From a virus (Duplodnaviria; Caudoviricetes), in the IMG/VR virus record IMGVR_UViG_2706796186_000001, positions 160,001-224,000 of that record: a stretch of 64,000 bases of DNA, one strand, 5' to 3'. Numbering within the stretch: the first letter of the stretch is position 1; each line of letters starts with the position of its first letter. Positions 9,323 to 18,375 of the stretch are shown here, one piece after another. Made by a program: the position numbers and the translations under genes. The notes beneath the pieces were generated by a model. The model saw only the letters and a list, made by a program, of their open reading frames with translations, was not told the origin of the DNA and searched no databases.

Positions 9323-9808
9323 ATGATTGAAGCAGCGATTCTTAAAGACTCGACTGAGCTGACAACAGATCAGCAGAAACAGTTGTTAGGTTTACATTAT
9401 GCTTTTTTGAATTACCAACGTAGCGTTTTAGGCGTCAAGATTGACGTGCCTGAGCTGGCCGTTGCCACACTGTTCCGCGGTAACCGCATTGCGGTTGCAC
9501 TCGAAGCAGGTCGTGTGGTGGGCTACTGCATTTACCGGGTTATTTCCGGGGTGCTAAAACTGCGTACGCTCTTTGTGGCTGAAGAACACCGTCGTTCCGG
9601 TAAGATGTCTGCCCTCATTGAGTTGATTAGCGCGCGTGAGGTCTATGCCAATGCACAACTGACCGTGCATCAAAAATGCCGACCTGCGTACAATTTCTTT
9701 ACACGTCTGGGGTACGTGGCCAGTGAGTTAGATGGCTGGTTAAACCTGTTCTTTGATAGACACACCAGTTTGGCCAATAACAAGACCACACAATCAGCCG
9801 TTGTTTAA
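9323..9808 (+). CDS. GNAT-family acetyltransferase
   Basis: VVGYC; motif A LFVAEEHRRSGKMSAL; motif B PAYNFFTRLGY. Confidence 0.85.
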   Translation: MIEAAILKDSTELTTDQQKQLLGLHYAFLNYQRSVLGVKIDVPELAVATLFRGNRIAVALEAGRVVGYCIYRVISGVLKLRTLFVAEEHRRSGKMSALIELISAREVYANAQLTVHQKCRPAYNFFTRLGYVASELDGWLNLFFDRHTSLANNKTTQSAVV

Positions 9809-9852
9809 AACTGTAGCTCTCCTTACGATTCACCTCACTATGAGTGAAGTGT

Positions 9853-9877
9853 TTTTACGTGAGGAGAGCTATTTATG
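9853..9877 (+). promoter_or_regulatory. Putative TTTTAC-N15-TATG element (overlaps an RBS and start codon)
   Basis: Spacing matches the other five sites, but the ATG is also an ORF start. Confidence 0.35.
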
Positions 9878-10207
9878 TTAAACCCTAAAATTTCGTTTAT
9901 CCCGGAAATCGTCTGTGCGCAAGAATACGCACGGGTGATACCGTTCTTAAAGGACACACTGATGGCTGAGCCAAAGCATGTGAATGTGGGGACGATTGGT
10001 CACGTTGATCATTCCCGTTCCGGTATCTCGGCGTGTATTTCTGGCGCACTGGGTACCTTACCAAAGACCACGACCCACTGGGATGTGATCGGTGTTAAAC
10101 CGCAGCAACCGTTGAACGCAATGAATGCGAGCATGGTGGAGCTGATTGAAGACGCGGTGCTTAACGGCCGAGACGTTTACGTTGCGCACGTTCACCCGAA
10201 GGTGTAG
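9875..10207 (+). CDS. Small protein carrying an EF-Tu N-terminal motif (alternative start 9962)
   Basis: HVNVGTIGHVDH at 9977-10012. RBS-like sequences precede both 9875 and 9962. Confidence 0.7.
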   Translation: MLNPKISFIPEIVCAQEYARVIPFLKDTLMAEPKHVNVGTIGHVDHSRSGISACISGALGTLPKTTTHWDVIGVKPQQPLNAMNASMVELIEDAVLNGRDVYVAHVHPKV

Positions 10208-10209
10208 CA

Positions 10210-10722
10210 ATGAGTCAGGTAGACATCTACGGTGAGGAGCACACGGTAGATGAGCGCAATCGGGTGGAATGGGCAATACTCGATAACCATCGTCGTAAGC
10301 CTTACCAGTTCCTGCTGTGCGAAGAACTGGGGCCGTATGCTTGGCATACCCCTAAAGAAATCGCACAGGCTATCAAAGACCGGATGTGGAGCATTTCACC
10401 ACGCGGGTTGGAACTGGCCTTAAAGCTCAAGATACCGGCCATCGGTATCGACCTTTGGGATGACGATGTTTATGCCAAAGACATCAAAGATAAAAACGGC
10501 TTTGCGGTCAATGTAAGCCGGAGTTTCTTCTTACGTGAAACCAAGATGGTAGACACGATAGAGGAGTACCGACAGAAAGGTCGGTTGGCCGTCATGTTAG
10601 GTGACGCGCATTTACGTACCGTTGCGACAAAAGAGCTGGGTGAACCTTCTTTGCTGTGGCAGCGGTTTCGAAAAGACAAACAAGTGGTTATTTACCGTAG
10701 CCCTTGTAAAGAAATTGACTAA
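10210..10722 (+). CDS. EreA/ChaN/TraB-superfamily-like protein
   Basis: YGEEH, LLCEE, GID, RE..M and LGDAH occur in the superfamily order. Confidence 0.5.
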   Translation: MSQVDIYGEEHTVDERNRVEWAILDNHRRKPYQFLLCEELGPYAWHTPKEIAQAIKDRMWSISPRGLELALKLKIPAIGIDLWDDDVYAKDIKDKNGFAVNVSRSFFLRETKMVDTIEEYRQKGRLAVMLGDAHLRTVATKELGEPSLLWQRFRKDKQVVIYRSPCKEID

Positions 10723-10734
10723 GGATAACAGGCC

Positions 10735-11127
10735 ATGACTTTTAGACCCGCCATTCAAACTGTTTACGAAGACGAAGCGAAAGTGCTACAAATTACACAA
10801 CTGGCGCACGAAATGATGCTGCGTTGGAAGTGCACCCAAATCGGCAACACCATGTTGACCCGCCTTAATTTCCTGCTGCGCATGGAGCCGGAGATTGAAA
10901 TGGCCAACATCACACCGAAGTACCTTCGTCCGTCTCTGTTCCGTGAAGTCAAAATGTTGACCCACATTGGTGTCGATGTGCGGAAGGTCTGGCCTGCTAT
11001 GATGAACCCGCAGAAATGCGAACAAATTACATCAACCATCAATCTTGTGTCTTGCCTTCGCCGTAGTGGAATCCACCACGAAGGGTTGGAAGCCGCATTT
11101 GCTTCCTGGGTAAGGAAAAATAAATGA
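10735..11127 (+). CDS. Hypothetical protein
   Basis: RBS AAGGA, coupled to the next ORF. Confidence 0.7.
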   Translation: MTFRPAIQTVYEDEAKVLQITQLAHEMMLRWKCTQIGNTMLTRLNFLLRMEPEIEMANITPKYLRPSLFREVKMLTHIGVDVRKVWPAMMNPQKCEQITSTINLVSCLRRSGIHHEGLEAAFASWVRKNK

Positions 11128-11390
11128 CCAAAGTTATACCGGAGCATGTCTCCGAAGCCTTAAAAGAGTTGTCGGGTGTTCACCGACCGCTCATCAGTAG
11201 CTGTACCGAGGCGGAGCGCACATACCTCCACTCGACGTTAGCCATTGCATTACGGTGGTACGAAAAGGATACCCGGCCGGTAGCGGAGGGTTACAAACGT
11301 ACCTTCTACTACACCCGTAAAGACGAGTTCCCCCACACCTACGTCTTTACGCATTCCGATGAGATTATCAACCATGCTCATCTTCCGTGA
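11124..11390 (+). CDS. Hypothetical protein
   Basis: ATGA overlap, RBS AAGGA. Confidence 0.65.
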   Translation: MTKVIPEHVSEALKELSGVHRPLISSCTEAERTYLHSTLAIALRWYEKDTRPVAEGYKRTFYYTRKDEFPHTYVFTHSDEIINHAHLP

Positions 11391-11859
11391 TGAACGCCAC
11401 GTTGAGGGCGATTTGTTTAATGCTCCAGAAACGTACAAAGTCATCACGATAAACTGCGTCGGAGCAATGGGCAAGGGTATTGCGCTTGCCTGTCGCGAAC
11501 GTTATCCCGATTTGTATGAAAACTATCGCACGCGTTGTCGTGCTGGTGAAATTACAATCGGGCACGTTTACCTCTACGAAGAGGAGAAGATTATTCTGCT
11601 GCCAACCAAGACCCACTTTAAGATGCGGTCTGAGTTGTCATTCGTCACGACAGGGATTGATGCGTTAGCCGACCTTGGGCGTGACCTGAACGAGTCCATT
11701 GCTATCCCGCCTTTGGGGATGGTAAATGGGTGGATGAAATGGAAAGAACGTGTAGAGGTTTATCATCACCTCTACAACCGGCTACAACCTGGAGAAACGA
11801 ACTATCGCGTATACTTGCCTTTAGCGTTAATCACAGAGGCAAAGAAAGCCTTAATCTAA
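11374..11859 (+). CDS. Macrodomain ADP-ribosylhydrolase (DarG/Poa1p-like)
   Basis: GDLF, TINCVGAMGKGIA, LPTK.HF, SIAIPPLG..NG. Confidence 0.88.
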   Translation: MLIFRDERHVEGDLFNAPETYKVITINCVGAMGKGIALACRERYPDLYENYRTRCRAGEITIGHVYLYEEEKIILLPTKTHFKMRSELSFVTTGIDALADLGRDLNESIAIPPLGMVNGWMKWKERVEVYHHLYNRLQPGETNYRVYLPLALITEAKKALI

Positions 11860-11868
11860 ACTTTCTTA

Positions 11869-11888
11869 AATAGATATTATCACATGGG
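11869..11888 (+). promoter_or_regulatory. Degenerate early-promoter-like motif
   Basis: ATAGATATTATC core as at 21404 and 30141. Confidence 0.45.
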
Positions 11889-11974
11889 CACGTACCAAGG
11901 AGTCATTGCTGTCCGCGCCGTTATTCATGTCGAGTAACGGAAAAGTATAAAGAACACCAACGGAGTATACGACG

Positions 11975-12739
11975 ATGTTACGTTTCATTCTTATTTGCTT
12001 GGCAACATTGCTGTCGTTTAACGCGGCTGCCATCACTTCGAGTCCAAAGAAGGACTACGCAACAGAGTTCAAGATGATTGAGGGCCGGTTTGAAAAGGTT
12101 CGCCCCCTCATCGTGAAAATCAGTAATGAGCAAGGCGTCCACAGTGGACTCATGACGACACTGATTTATAAGGAATCCACATTCAACCGCATGGCGGTGA
12201 ATAAACAGGGCAGTACGGCAAAAGGGCTCGTCGGTATGACTGACCCCACCAAGCGAGCGATGCTCAAAATGTACGGTAAGCAGCTTGGACTTGCCCGCAA
12301 TGCAGACATTCATAATTCGCGCGTGGCCATTAAATTAGCCTCGGCCTATCTTAACCATGTCGAAAACGCCATGACCAAACGCTTGAAGCGTCCTGTGTCT
12401 AACGGAGAAATTTATCTGGGCTACAAATTCGGCCCTGCGGGTGCTATCGCTATGCTCAAGAAGAAACCGTCTAAGGCGGCTCGTGAGCTTCGCTCCTATA
12501 AACGGGATGCGGCCTTTTATGGCGCGTTGGTTAAGCCTATCGATGCATCTGAACCAGTAAAACAAACTGCCGCAGTCAAACCTGACGACAGTGAGAAAGT
12601 CGCCGAACTCCAAGAGATTTGGCACACCTTGTACGGCACATATGCGCCGGTAACTCGCACCACGTTACTGGCCTCTACATTGACTATAGGAGCACCGCTT
12701 GAACATCGTCCAACAACCATGGTATCCCGCTTTATGTAA
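11975..12739 (+). CDS. SLT-family lytic transglycosylase with a signal peptide
   Basis: Signal peptide ending AAA; catalytic LIYKESTFN; STAKGL; YLGYKFGPAGA. Confidence 0.8.
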   Translation: MLRFILICLATLLSFNAAAITSSPKKDYATEFKMIEGRFEKVRPLIVKISNEQGVHSGLMTTLIYKESTFNRMAVNKQGSTAKGLVGMTDPTKRAMLKMYGKQLGLARNADIHNSRVAIKLASAYLNHVENAMTKRLKRPVSNGEIYLGYKFGPAGAIAMLKKKPSKAARELRSYKRDAAFYGALVKPIDASEPVKQTAAVKPDDSEKVAELQEIWHTLYGTYAPVTRTTLLASTLTIGAPLEHRPTTMVSRFM

Positions 12740-13211
12740 AGCGGCACAATTGACAGCCGGTGACATTCTGTCAATTGCGTTAGGGGCGGACACTATCGAC
12801 CCTGAAAAACCATTTACCCGAGAAGAGTTCTCGGAGCGCCACAACTTCTGGGATGCGTTTGAAAATGCGTTCGGTGATACCGAAGATGCAGAATTCGACT
12901 GGAACGCAAACCAAGCGGTCATGTGGATATGTGGCATGCGCCCGTATGTTGACGAAACCGAAGTCGGCCATGTCCTGACGTGGCGTCAAAGCCAAGCGTA
13001 CAATCGCGACCTGAGCTTCACCGAAGCGTATATGGAAGCGTCTGTTGCGTTGCAGAACATTTTCTGGGGTGAGTCAGCGTACGTTCAACGTTCGTTCCTG
13101 ACCATTCTGGAAAAGCTCAAGCAGACGCACAAAATCTGGCGCAGTGAAACGGCCCCAGAGCATCTGTTTGTGCTGGAGTACCAAGTGGTGCCTAACCAGC
13201 CGTTAGTGTAA
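12699..13211 (+). CDS. Hypothetical protein
   Basis: TTG start after AGGAG; followed by a terminator. Confidence 0.7.
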   Translation: MNIVQQPWYPALCKAAQLTAGDILSIALGADTIDPEKPFTREEFSERHNFWDAFENAFGDTEDAEFDWNANQAVMWICGMRPYVDETEVGHVLTWRQSQAYNRDLSFTEAYMEASVALQNIFWGESAYVQRSFLTILEKLKQTHKIWRSETAPEHLFVLEYQVVPNQPLV

Positions 13212-13215
13212 CCGA

Positions 13216-13247
13216 AAACACCAGACCTTTCGGGGTCTGGTTGTTTT
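13216..13247 (+). terminator. Rho-independent terminator
   Basis: ACCAGACC...GGTCTGGT followed by a T-rich tail. Confidence 0.7.
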
Positions 13248-13279
13248 AATTTATTTTGCCCCCTACAAGGAGATTCTTT

Positions 13280-13768
13280 ATGTTTGCACGTTATCAACGC
13301 TGGGGACACAACGATCCCTATGCCTACTTCATGTTAAACGCACTGGTTGTCTGCACCCTCTTTTACGCTTACGGGGTGTTCGTGCTCAATCAAGACCCGG
13401 CAGGAGCTTTTCTGTTTGTCTACATCGGCATGTGGGTATTTTGTTGCAGCATCATGGCAATCCTCTACCGACTGACCATGGTCGAATACTGGGTAGACCA
13501 CTCTGGTTACACGCTTGAAGAGTTGAACTGGCTGCAACGTCTTGCGGCAGAGGAAGTGCGTGGGTTGTACAAGACCGCTGATTGGATGGACTTGCGCAAT
13601 GCGGCAAAACGCGTTCAGCGTGAGTTGCCAAACTTTGACATGGATTACGCGATCATGGCCATTATTTGGGCGCAAGGCAAACGGAACAAACCGGTCAGGG
13701 TCTGTGAGGACGCCACCGATTTCATCGCGTTCAACCCAAAGATATGGCACATCGTCAATTACGTTTAA
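13280..13768 (+). CDS. Membrane protein (2 TM), paralogue A
   Basis: RBS AAGGAG, two hydrophobic helices. Confidence 0.75.
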   Translation: MFARYQRWGHNDPYAYFMLNALVVCTLFYAYGVFVLNQDPAGAFLFVYIGMWVFCCSIMAILYRLTMVEYWVDHSGYTLEELNWLQRLAAEEVRGLYKTADWMDLRNAAKRVQRELPNFDMDYAIMAIIWAQGKRNKPVRVCEDATDFIAFNPKIWHIVNYV

Positions 13769-13780
13769 GGAAAAATATTG

Positions 13781-14344
13781 ATGGCTAATACATCGCTCAT
13801 TAAGTTGGCAGAAATCAGAAAGCCGGTTCATCCGTTCCGGCTATACATTCTCACCCGTTGGCGTTTCCTCTCCACGTACTTGGTACTGGTGATGTTGTGT
13901 CTCATCTCCTCGGTCATTCTCTCACTGCTGACCAACTGGAGTGCGTTTGATCTGTTGGTGTTTGAATCCTTTGTCATTCCGGTACTCATCACACTCAGCG
14001 TGACGGGATACCTGAAACGACGTTGGATACAGAAATCTACACTGACCACGGATGATGTTTACGAACTGGTCGGCTATGGGAAGTGGCTGGTGCGCAAATA
14101 CGGCAAAAGGATGGAGTGGCCAACGATTTGCGCGGCCGCATCTAATCCTGAACCCAAAGTAGGGTCGCAGGCAGGATACTCAAGCCCGCCACGTTTCGAC
14201 CGTGAGTTTCCACAGGAGGCTGTGCTTGGTGGTATTCTTTGTGCCATGGTGAAAGAAGGCGGTTGGGATTCTTTACCGCAAGAAGCCATCAACGCCATGT
14301 TCTATTACCCGAACATCTACAAGCCGTTCTACGGCCACTATTAA
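13781..14344 (+). CDS. Membrane protein (2 TM), paralogue B
   Basis: RBS AAGGA, two hydrophobic helices, C-domain similar to paralogue A. Confidence 0.75.
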   Translation: MANTSLIKLAEIRKPVHPFRLYILTRWRFLSTYLVLVMLCLISSVILSLLTNWSAFDLLVFESFVIPVLITLSVTGYLKRRWIQKSTLTTDDVYELVGYGKWLVRKYGKRMEWPTICAAASNPEPKVGSQAGYSSPPRFDREFPQEAVLGGILCAMVKEGGWDSLPQEAINAMFYYPNIYKPFYGHY

Positions 14345-14369
14345 TTTTACGTAATCCACCCTTTTAATG
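14345..14369 (+). promoter_or_regulatory. Putative TTTTAC-N15-AATG promoter
   Basis: Conserved 15-nt spacing. Confidence 0.5.
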
Positions 14370-14396
14370 ACTATCTAAAACACAAGGAATAACAAC

Positions 14397-15278
14397 ATGT
14401 TTCATGCTTCCGTAATCAAAGCCCTCGTAGCCCGTATCCAATCTCGTGACTTCTCTTATCCGCTGAATGCACTGAATGCGCTCAGTAACCTCATCGTCAT
14501 GCGCAACGCCGGTCTGAACACGGTTACGGTTTCTGAACTCGAAACGCTGCTCGGGTGTGAGCTGGAAAAGGCATTCCCGCTGCCTGCCATTCAAATCGTC
14601 GTTGACGGCGTTGAAAACACCGTGGCCATCAACGGTCACAAATTCCACACGCCGGATGAAGAAGCGGCGAAGCTGACGTGGCGTCCACACCCAGCATGGG
14701 GCATTGTGGTCAAAGACGAAGCGGGTGTTTACCAGCTTATCGCCTCCGCTGACCCGTACCGTATTCCGCGTGGTGAACTGTCTATTCCGTTTGACTATGC
14801 CGAGTACGAAGAATCCCTCGGTGCTATCAAGCAGGACAACATGCTGATGTCCCGCGGCCAGGTTATCTGGGAAATCCGTAATTGGTCTGACGTGTCGAAG
14901 ATTCTCAACTCCTGCGAATATTTCGAAATGGGTATTCAGCGTCGTCATCCACAGTTTAAGGATGAAATCCCCACCCTACTCGGCAACGAAGACGATCTGA
15001 AAACCACCTTCGTTGATATCAACCTGCTGGAAGAACGTGGTCTGGAAATCGGGGCTTACGGCAACTCCGTGCTGGAACTGGTTGACCGTCTGATTAAAGT
15101 CGAAGGTGAAACCGTGAAGGTGGACATCGATGAAGAACAGATGGCTATCGTAGCGAAGATTCACAAAGAGCTGGGCATCGATGCAATCGTCGAGCAGCTC
15201 CAGCGTGTCCCGGCCAAGAAGCGTACCCGCAAAGAAGTGCGCGGTATTATGGCTGCGTTCCTCGCTCAAGACAAATAA
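14397..15278 (+). CDS. Hypothetical protein
   Basis: 293-aa ORF, RBS AAGGA. Confidence 0.8.
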   Translation: MFHASVIKALVARIQSRDFSYPLNALNALSNLIVMRNAGLNTVTVSELETLLGCELEKAFPLPAIQIVVDGVENTVAINGHKFHTPDEEAAKLTWRPHPAWGIVVKDEAGVYQLIASADPYRIPRGELSIPFDYAEYEESLGAIKQDNMLMSRGQVIWEIRNWSDVSKILNSCEYFEMGIQRRHPQFKDEIPTLLGNEDDLKTTFVDINLLEERGLEIGAYGNSVLELVDRLIKVEGETVKVDIDEEQMAIVAKIHKELGIDAIVEQLQRVPAKKRTRKEVRGIMAAFLAQDK

Positions 15279-15324
15279 ATAAAAAGCCTACCTACCCCGT
15301 CGGGGTAGGTAGCTTTATTTTTTT
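15276..15324. terminator. Conserved bidirectional terminator, copy 1
   Basis: A-tract, CTACCTACCCC-loop-GGGGTAGGTAG, CTTTATTTTTT, between convergent genes. Confidence 0.85.
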
Positions 15325-15940
15325 AATTTGTTAAGCCAGCATCTTTGATGATTTTCAACATGTTGTCGTTCATCACCTGCAACTCATTCGCACGCTGCGT
15401 TGCTGCTGCCAATTGCTCAGTCAGCGGAGCCGATTGACGAATGTTCGCTTTGCGTCGTGCTTCCATCTTGATATGGTCTTCCTCGGTGACAGTCCCCTCG
15501 TATTGCATGACGGTCAACTCACCGGTGGTTTCCACACCCACTTGCGATTTAATCAGCGCAATGATGTCATCATTCAGCTTACCCGCATCCACATAACTCG
15601 GCGTCAACCCCAAATCGAACACATACACATTACGGGTATACGAAATCGAGTTTTGTCCGGGGTAATCTGCCAAGAACGTGTTGGGCACATAACGGACTTC
15701 CCCATCGGTCGATTTGAACGTTAAGATTGCAGCCTTAACATCCGCATCGTCGAGATAGTCCTGCCGTGATAGCCCTTTTGGTTCGTAATACTTGAGATAA
15801 ACATCCTCACCATCACGTACCAGTTCGGGGAACGTACGAATGGCCTCGAGTTTGAAGACCACGTTGCTCGGAAACTCGTAGGGGTTATTCGCGGTGAACA
15901 ACCCGGCTAAGTTTACCTCTGGCGTTAAAGGTATCCGCAT
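15323..15940 (-). CDS. Probable virion structural protein
   Basis: RBS GGAG; same operon as 15951..17309; position resembles the virion gene pair near sbcC in phiKZ-like phages. Confidence 0.55.
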   Translation of the reverse strand: MRIPLTPEVNLAGLFTANNPYEFPSNVVFKLEAIRTFPELVRDGEDVYLKYYEPKGLSRQDYLDDADVKAAILTFKSTDGEVRYVPNTFLADYPGQNSISYTRNVYVFDLGLTPSYVDAGKLNDDIIALIKSQVGVETTGELTVMQYEGTVTEEDHIKMEARRKANIRQSAPLTEQLAAATQRANELQVMNDNMLKIIKDAGLTN

Positions 15941-15950
15941 TTACGACTCC

Positions 15951-17309
15951 TTATTGCCAAACAGCGCTACGTGCCAGAACACGGAACTCCACGTTCTCGA
16001 ACTCAAAGACCCAGAAGGTTAACCCGTCGTGATCTTCATCTTCCATTTTCACCACGTTCAGGGATGAGTTATATGGATGGTACTCCTCGGCCGCAATCAA
16101 TGCTTCGAGGTATAAGCTCAACCATTCTGTGGTCGGTTTTGAAACACGGGAGATGTCCGGGTTGCTGCTGCCAATCAACGCGTAGTCTGGAATGATGTCC
16201 ATCAAGGACGCTTTCTTCTTATCATTCTCAGGGCCAGCGATTGCGATAGCATTGAGCGACTTATAAATGCTCGGCAAGTCAGAAACTTCCGTGGTCGGTA
16301 ACGGGATAGTACCGTTATTTTTCTCAGCAGCGGTGAGCGCGCGCCATTCGCCGAATTTGGAAATGGCTTTTACCTGGAGATCATATGGGAACAGGGGCAA
16401 ATATAATGCTGCGACGTCTTCTTGGTTTGGAATCCCTCGGATAGACCAGCCAGGAATGATGGTGAATTTGGTAGTGGTGAAGATTTCCGGGAAGACCGGC
16501 ACCCAATCCTTATTCCCATAATCCGAGTTCGCCAGAATGTAATCGCGTAATGCTTGTTTCTGGCGAGTTGGGTTCAAACCTGCCCGACCGTAGATTATGA
16601 GGGTCATCGGAATGACCAATGTAGCCTCGTAGTCCTCGCGGTCGTGCCAGGTGTAGTTGTGCGTTAAACGCGCCGTAAATGGATAACCGTCAGCGAGCAC
16701 GTTGACTTTATCGTCGTGGTCGGGTAAGTTGAAAGATTCCATCGCTTTTGCGACAACCGTTTTGACAGCCTGGAAGGTGTCAACCGGCATGATGGGCATC
16801 TGCACTTCAATTTCCCAGCCAAGATAATCTTGATCAAAATCAGCGTCTGAGAACCAAACCATAATTTGGTTATCAACATCGGATGGACTTTCTACTTTGT
16901 CCACCGTGGTTTCGAATTTCCAGCTCACCCAGCGTGGGAACCAGTTACCGTTTGCCTGAATCATGGCACCCGTCTGCACATTGCTGATTGTGGTTTGGAA
17001 TTGTCCCACTAACAAACGCTGAAACTCTGACTCGTCATTTTTCGTGTTGCCCAGAATCGCTTGGTTGTAAATCCACTGGGTCAGCGCGAGGACATGGTCA
17101 GTAAAGAGTGCCGGTACTTTTATCTTCGTCTCATCGCGAAGATACGTGAACGCCACTAATTCAACCTGAAGGTTAGCCTTAGCGAATTTTTGTTTATTCT
17201 TCGCAAAAGACCAACTTTGATCGGATAACTCACCTACTGGAGCAACTGCACCTTCAGGAGCGTTATCGATTAGTGCCGGTATTTCGATGAAGCCTTGTAA
17301 ATTGAACAT
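15951..17309 (-). CDS. Probable virion structural protein
   Basis: Start MFNLQGF at 17309 with GGAG RBS; functional call rests on synteny. Confidence 0.6.
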   Translation of the reverse strand: MFNLQGFIEIPALIDNAPEGAVAPVGELSDQSWSFAKNKQKFAKANLQVELVAFTYLRDETKIKVPALFTDHVLALTQWIYNQAILGNTKNDESEFQRLLVGQFQTTISNVQTGAMIQANGNWFPRWVSWKFETTVDKVESPSDVDNQIMVWFSDADFDQDYLGWEIEVQMPIMPVDTFQAVKTVVAKAMESFNLPDHDDKVNVLADGYPFTARLTHNYTWHDREDYEATLVIPMTLIIYGRAGLNPTRQKQALRDYILANSDYGNKDWVPVFPEIFTTTKFTIIPGWSIRGIPNQEDVAALYLPLFPYDLQVKAISKFGEWRALTAAEKNNGTIPLPTTEVSDLPSIYKSLNAIAIAGPENDKKKASLMDIIPDYALIGSSNPDISRVSKPTTEWLSLYLEALIAAEEYHPYNSSLNVVKMEDEDHDGLTFWVFEFENVEFRVLARSAVWQ

Positions 17310-17331
17310 AAAAATAAACTCCGAGGTGAGC

Positions 17332-17820
17332 ATGATAGCTGCAATTATTAAACTGCTTCCTTTTCTCCAGTTGCTTCTAGAAGCATTCAAGCCGGGGGAT
17401 GGAGAAAAGGTAACCCGAGCCAATAAAATCACAGCACTCGCAATCGTTTTACTTCTGACGTATTCACTCTTTGTGTCGTACGCCTACGTTGACCAGTTTC
17501 ATAAATTGGTTCAGATTCGAGAACACGACCAGTACGTCGCTCGCCAGAACGACGAGCGTGGAGAGACCATCAAAACGCAGGCGGATGAGTTAAGAACGCT
17601 CTACAGCCGCATTTTCGAATGCTTGAGCAATCGACCATATGATGGCGCGAAGGGCGCAGCAAGTGTACCACCTCCTGCTCCAGTGGCGGTACCGCAAACA
17701 CCGGTTCACACCGAAACCAAAACCGCCGACAACAAGCGCGAGGCTGCTGCTAAGCCGGTAGGTGTAGTAGATATGAGTCAGTTCCGTCAAGAACTGCTCA
17801 AGAACTTAAACGAGGAGTGA
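17332..17820 (+). CDS. Putative inner-membrane spanin (Rz-like)
   Basis: One TM helix, coiled coil, Cys, Pro-rich linker and C-terminal helix; overlaps the lipoprotein gene. Confidence 0.7.
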   Translation: MIAAIIKLLPFLQLLLEAFKPGDGEKVTRANKITALAIVLLLTYSLFVSYAYVDQFHKLVQIREHDQYVARQNDERGETIKTQADELRTLYSRIFECLSNRPYDGAKGAASVPPPAPVAVPQTPVHTETKTADNKREAAAKPVGVVDMSQFRQELLKNLNEE

Positions 17821-18287
17821 AAATGAGGGTCATGCTAATTTGCTTATCGCTGTTGCTCACAGCGTGTAGCAGCTGGGCACCCGTCAAGACGACCACTGCA
17901 AACACTGAGTGGTCGGTTCGTGAACTTGGACCACCCCCTGTTTATCCACAAGGGGTAGTAAATCTGGATGACCCGCGATACCGTTCGTGGGTGGCAGATG
18001 TTAATGCGTATGCGTACTACGTGTTCGTGTACGCCCGTAATCTTAACGATTACGCCAGAGTTCATGGATGGCGGCCACCGCAAGTTGCACCCATTTGTGA
18101 GAAGTTTGATTTGTGGGTGGTTCATCCCATTCCACAACGCATTACCTTGGACGAACGTGCTCGCCGTCCTGAGGACATCTCACGCGATTTGGCAACGCAA
18201 CTCAAGCGCATTCTACTGAACTACCGTGAAGATCGTAAGTCTTTCCAGAAAGCATACGAAGCCCACCTTAGCACATGCCTTAACTAA
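17817..18287 (+). CDS. Putative outer-membrane lipoprotein spanin (Rz1-like)
   Basis: Lipobox LLTAC-SS, Pro-rich GPPPVYP, two further Cys. Confidence 0.72.
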   Translation: MKMRVMLICLSLLLTACSSWAPVKTTTANTEWSVRELGPPPVYPQGVVNLDDPRYRSWVADVNAYAYYVFVYARNLNDYARVHGWRPPQVAPICEKFDLWVVHPIPQRITLDERARRPEDISRDLATQLKRILLNYREDRKSFQKAYEAHLSTCLN

Positions 18288-18290
18288 AAC

Positions 18291-18331
18291 ACGACACCTA
18301 TTCCTTCGGGGGTAGGTGTCGCTTTATTTTT
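18291..18331 (+). terminator. Terminator, variant of the conserved family
   Basis: CGACACCTA..CC-TTCG-GG..TAGGTGTCG then CTTTATTTTT. Confidence 0.75.
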
Positions 18332-18352
18332 ACACAACCAACCCATCTAATG
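18328..18352 (+). promoter_or_regulatory. Putative TTTTAC-N15-AATG promoter
   Basis: Conserved 15-nt spacing. Confidence 0.5.
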
Positions 18353-18375
18353 TATACCCACAGGAGAGTTTAATC

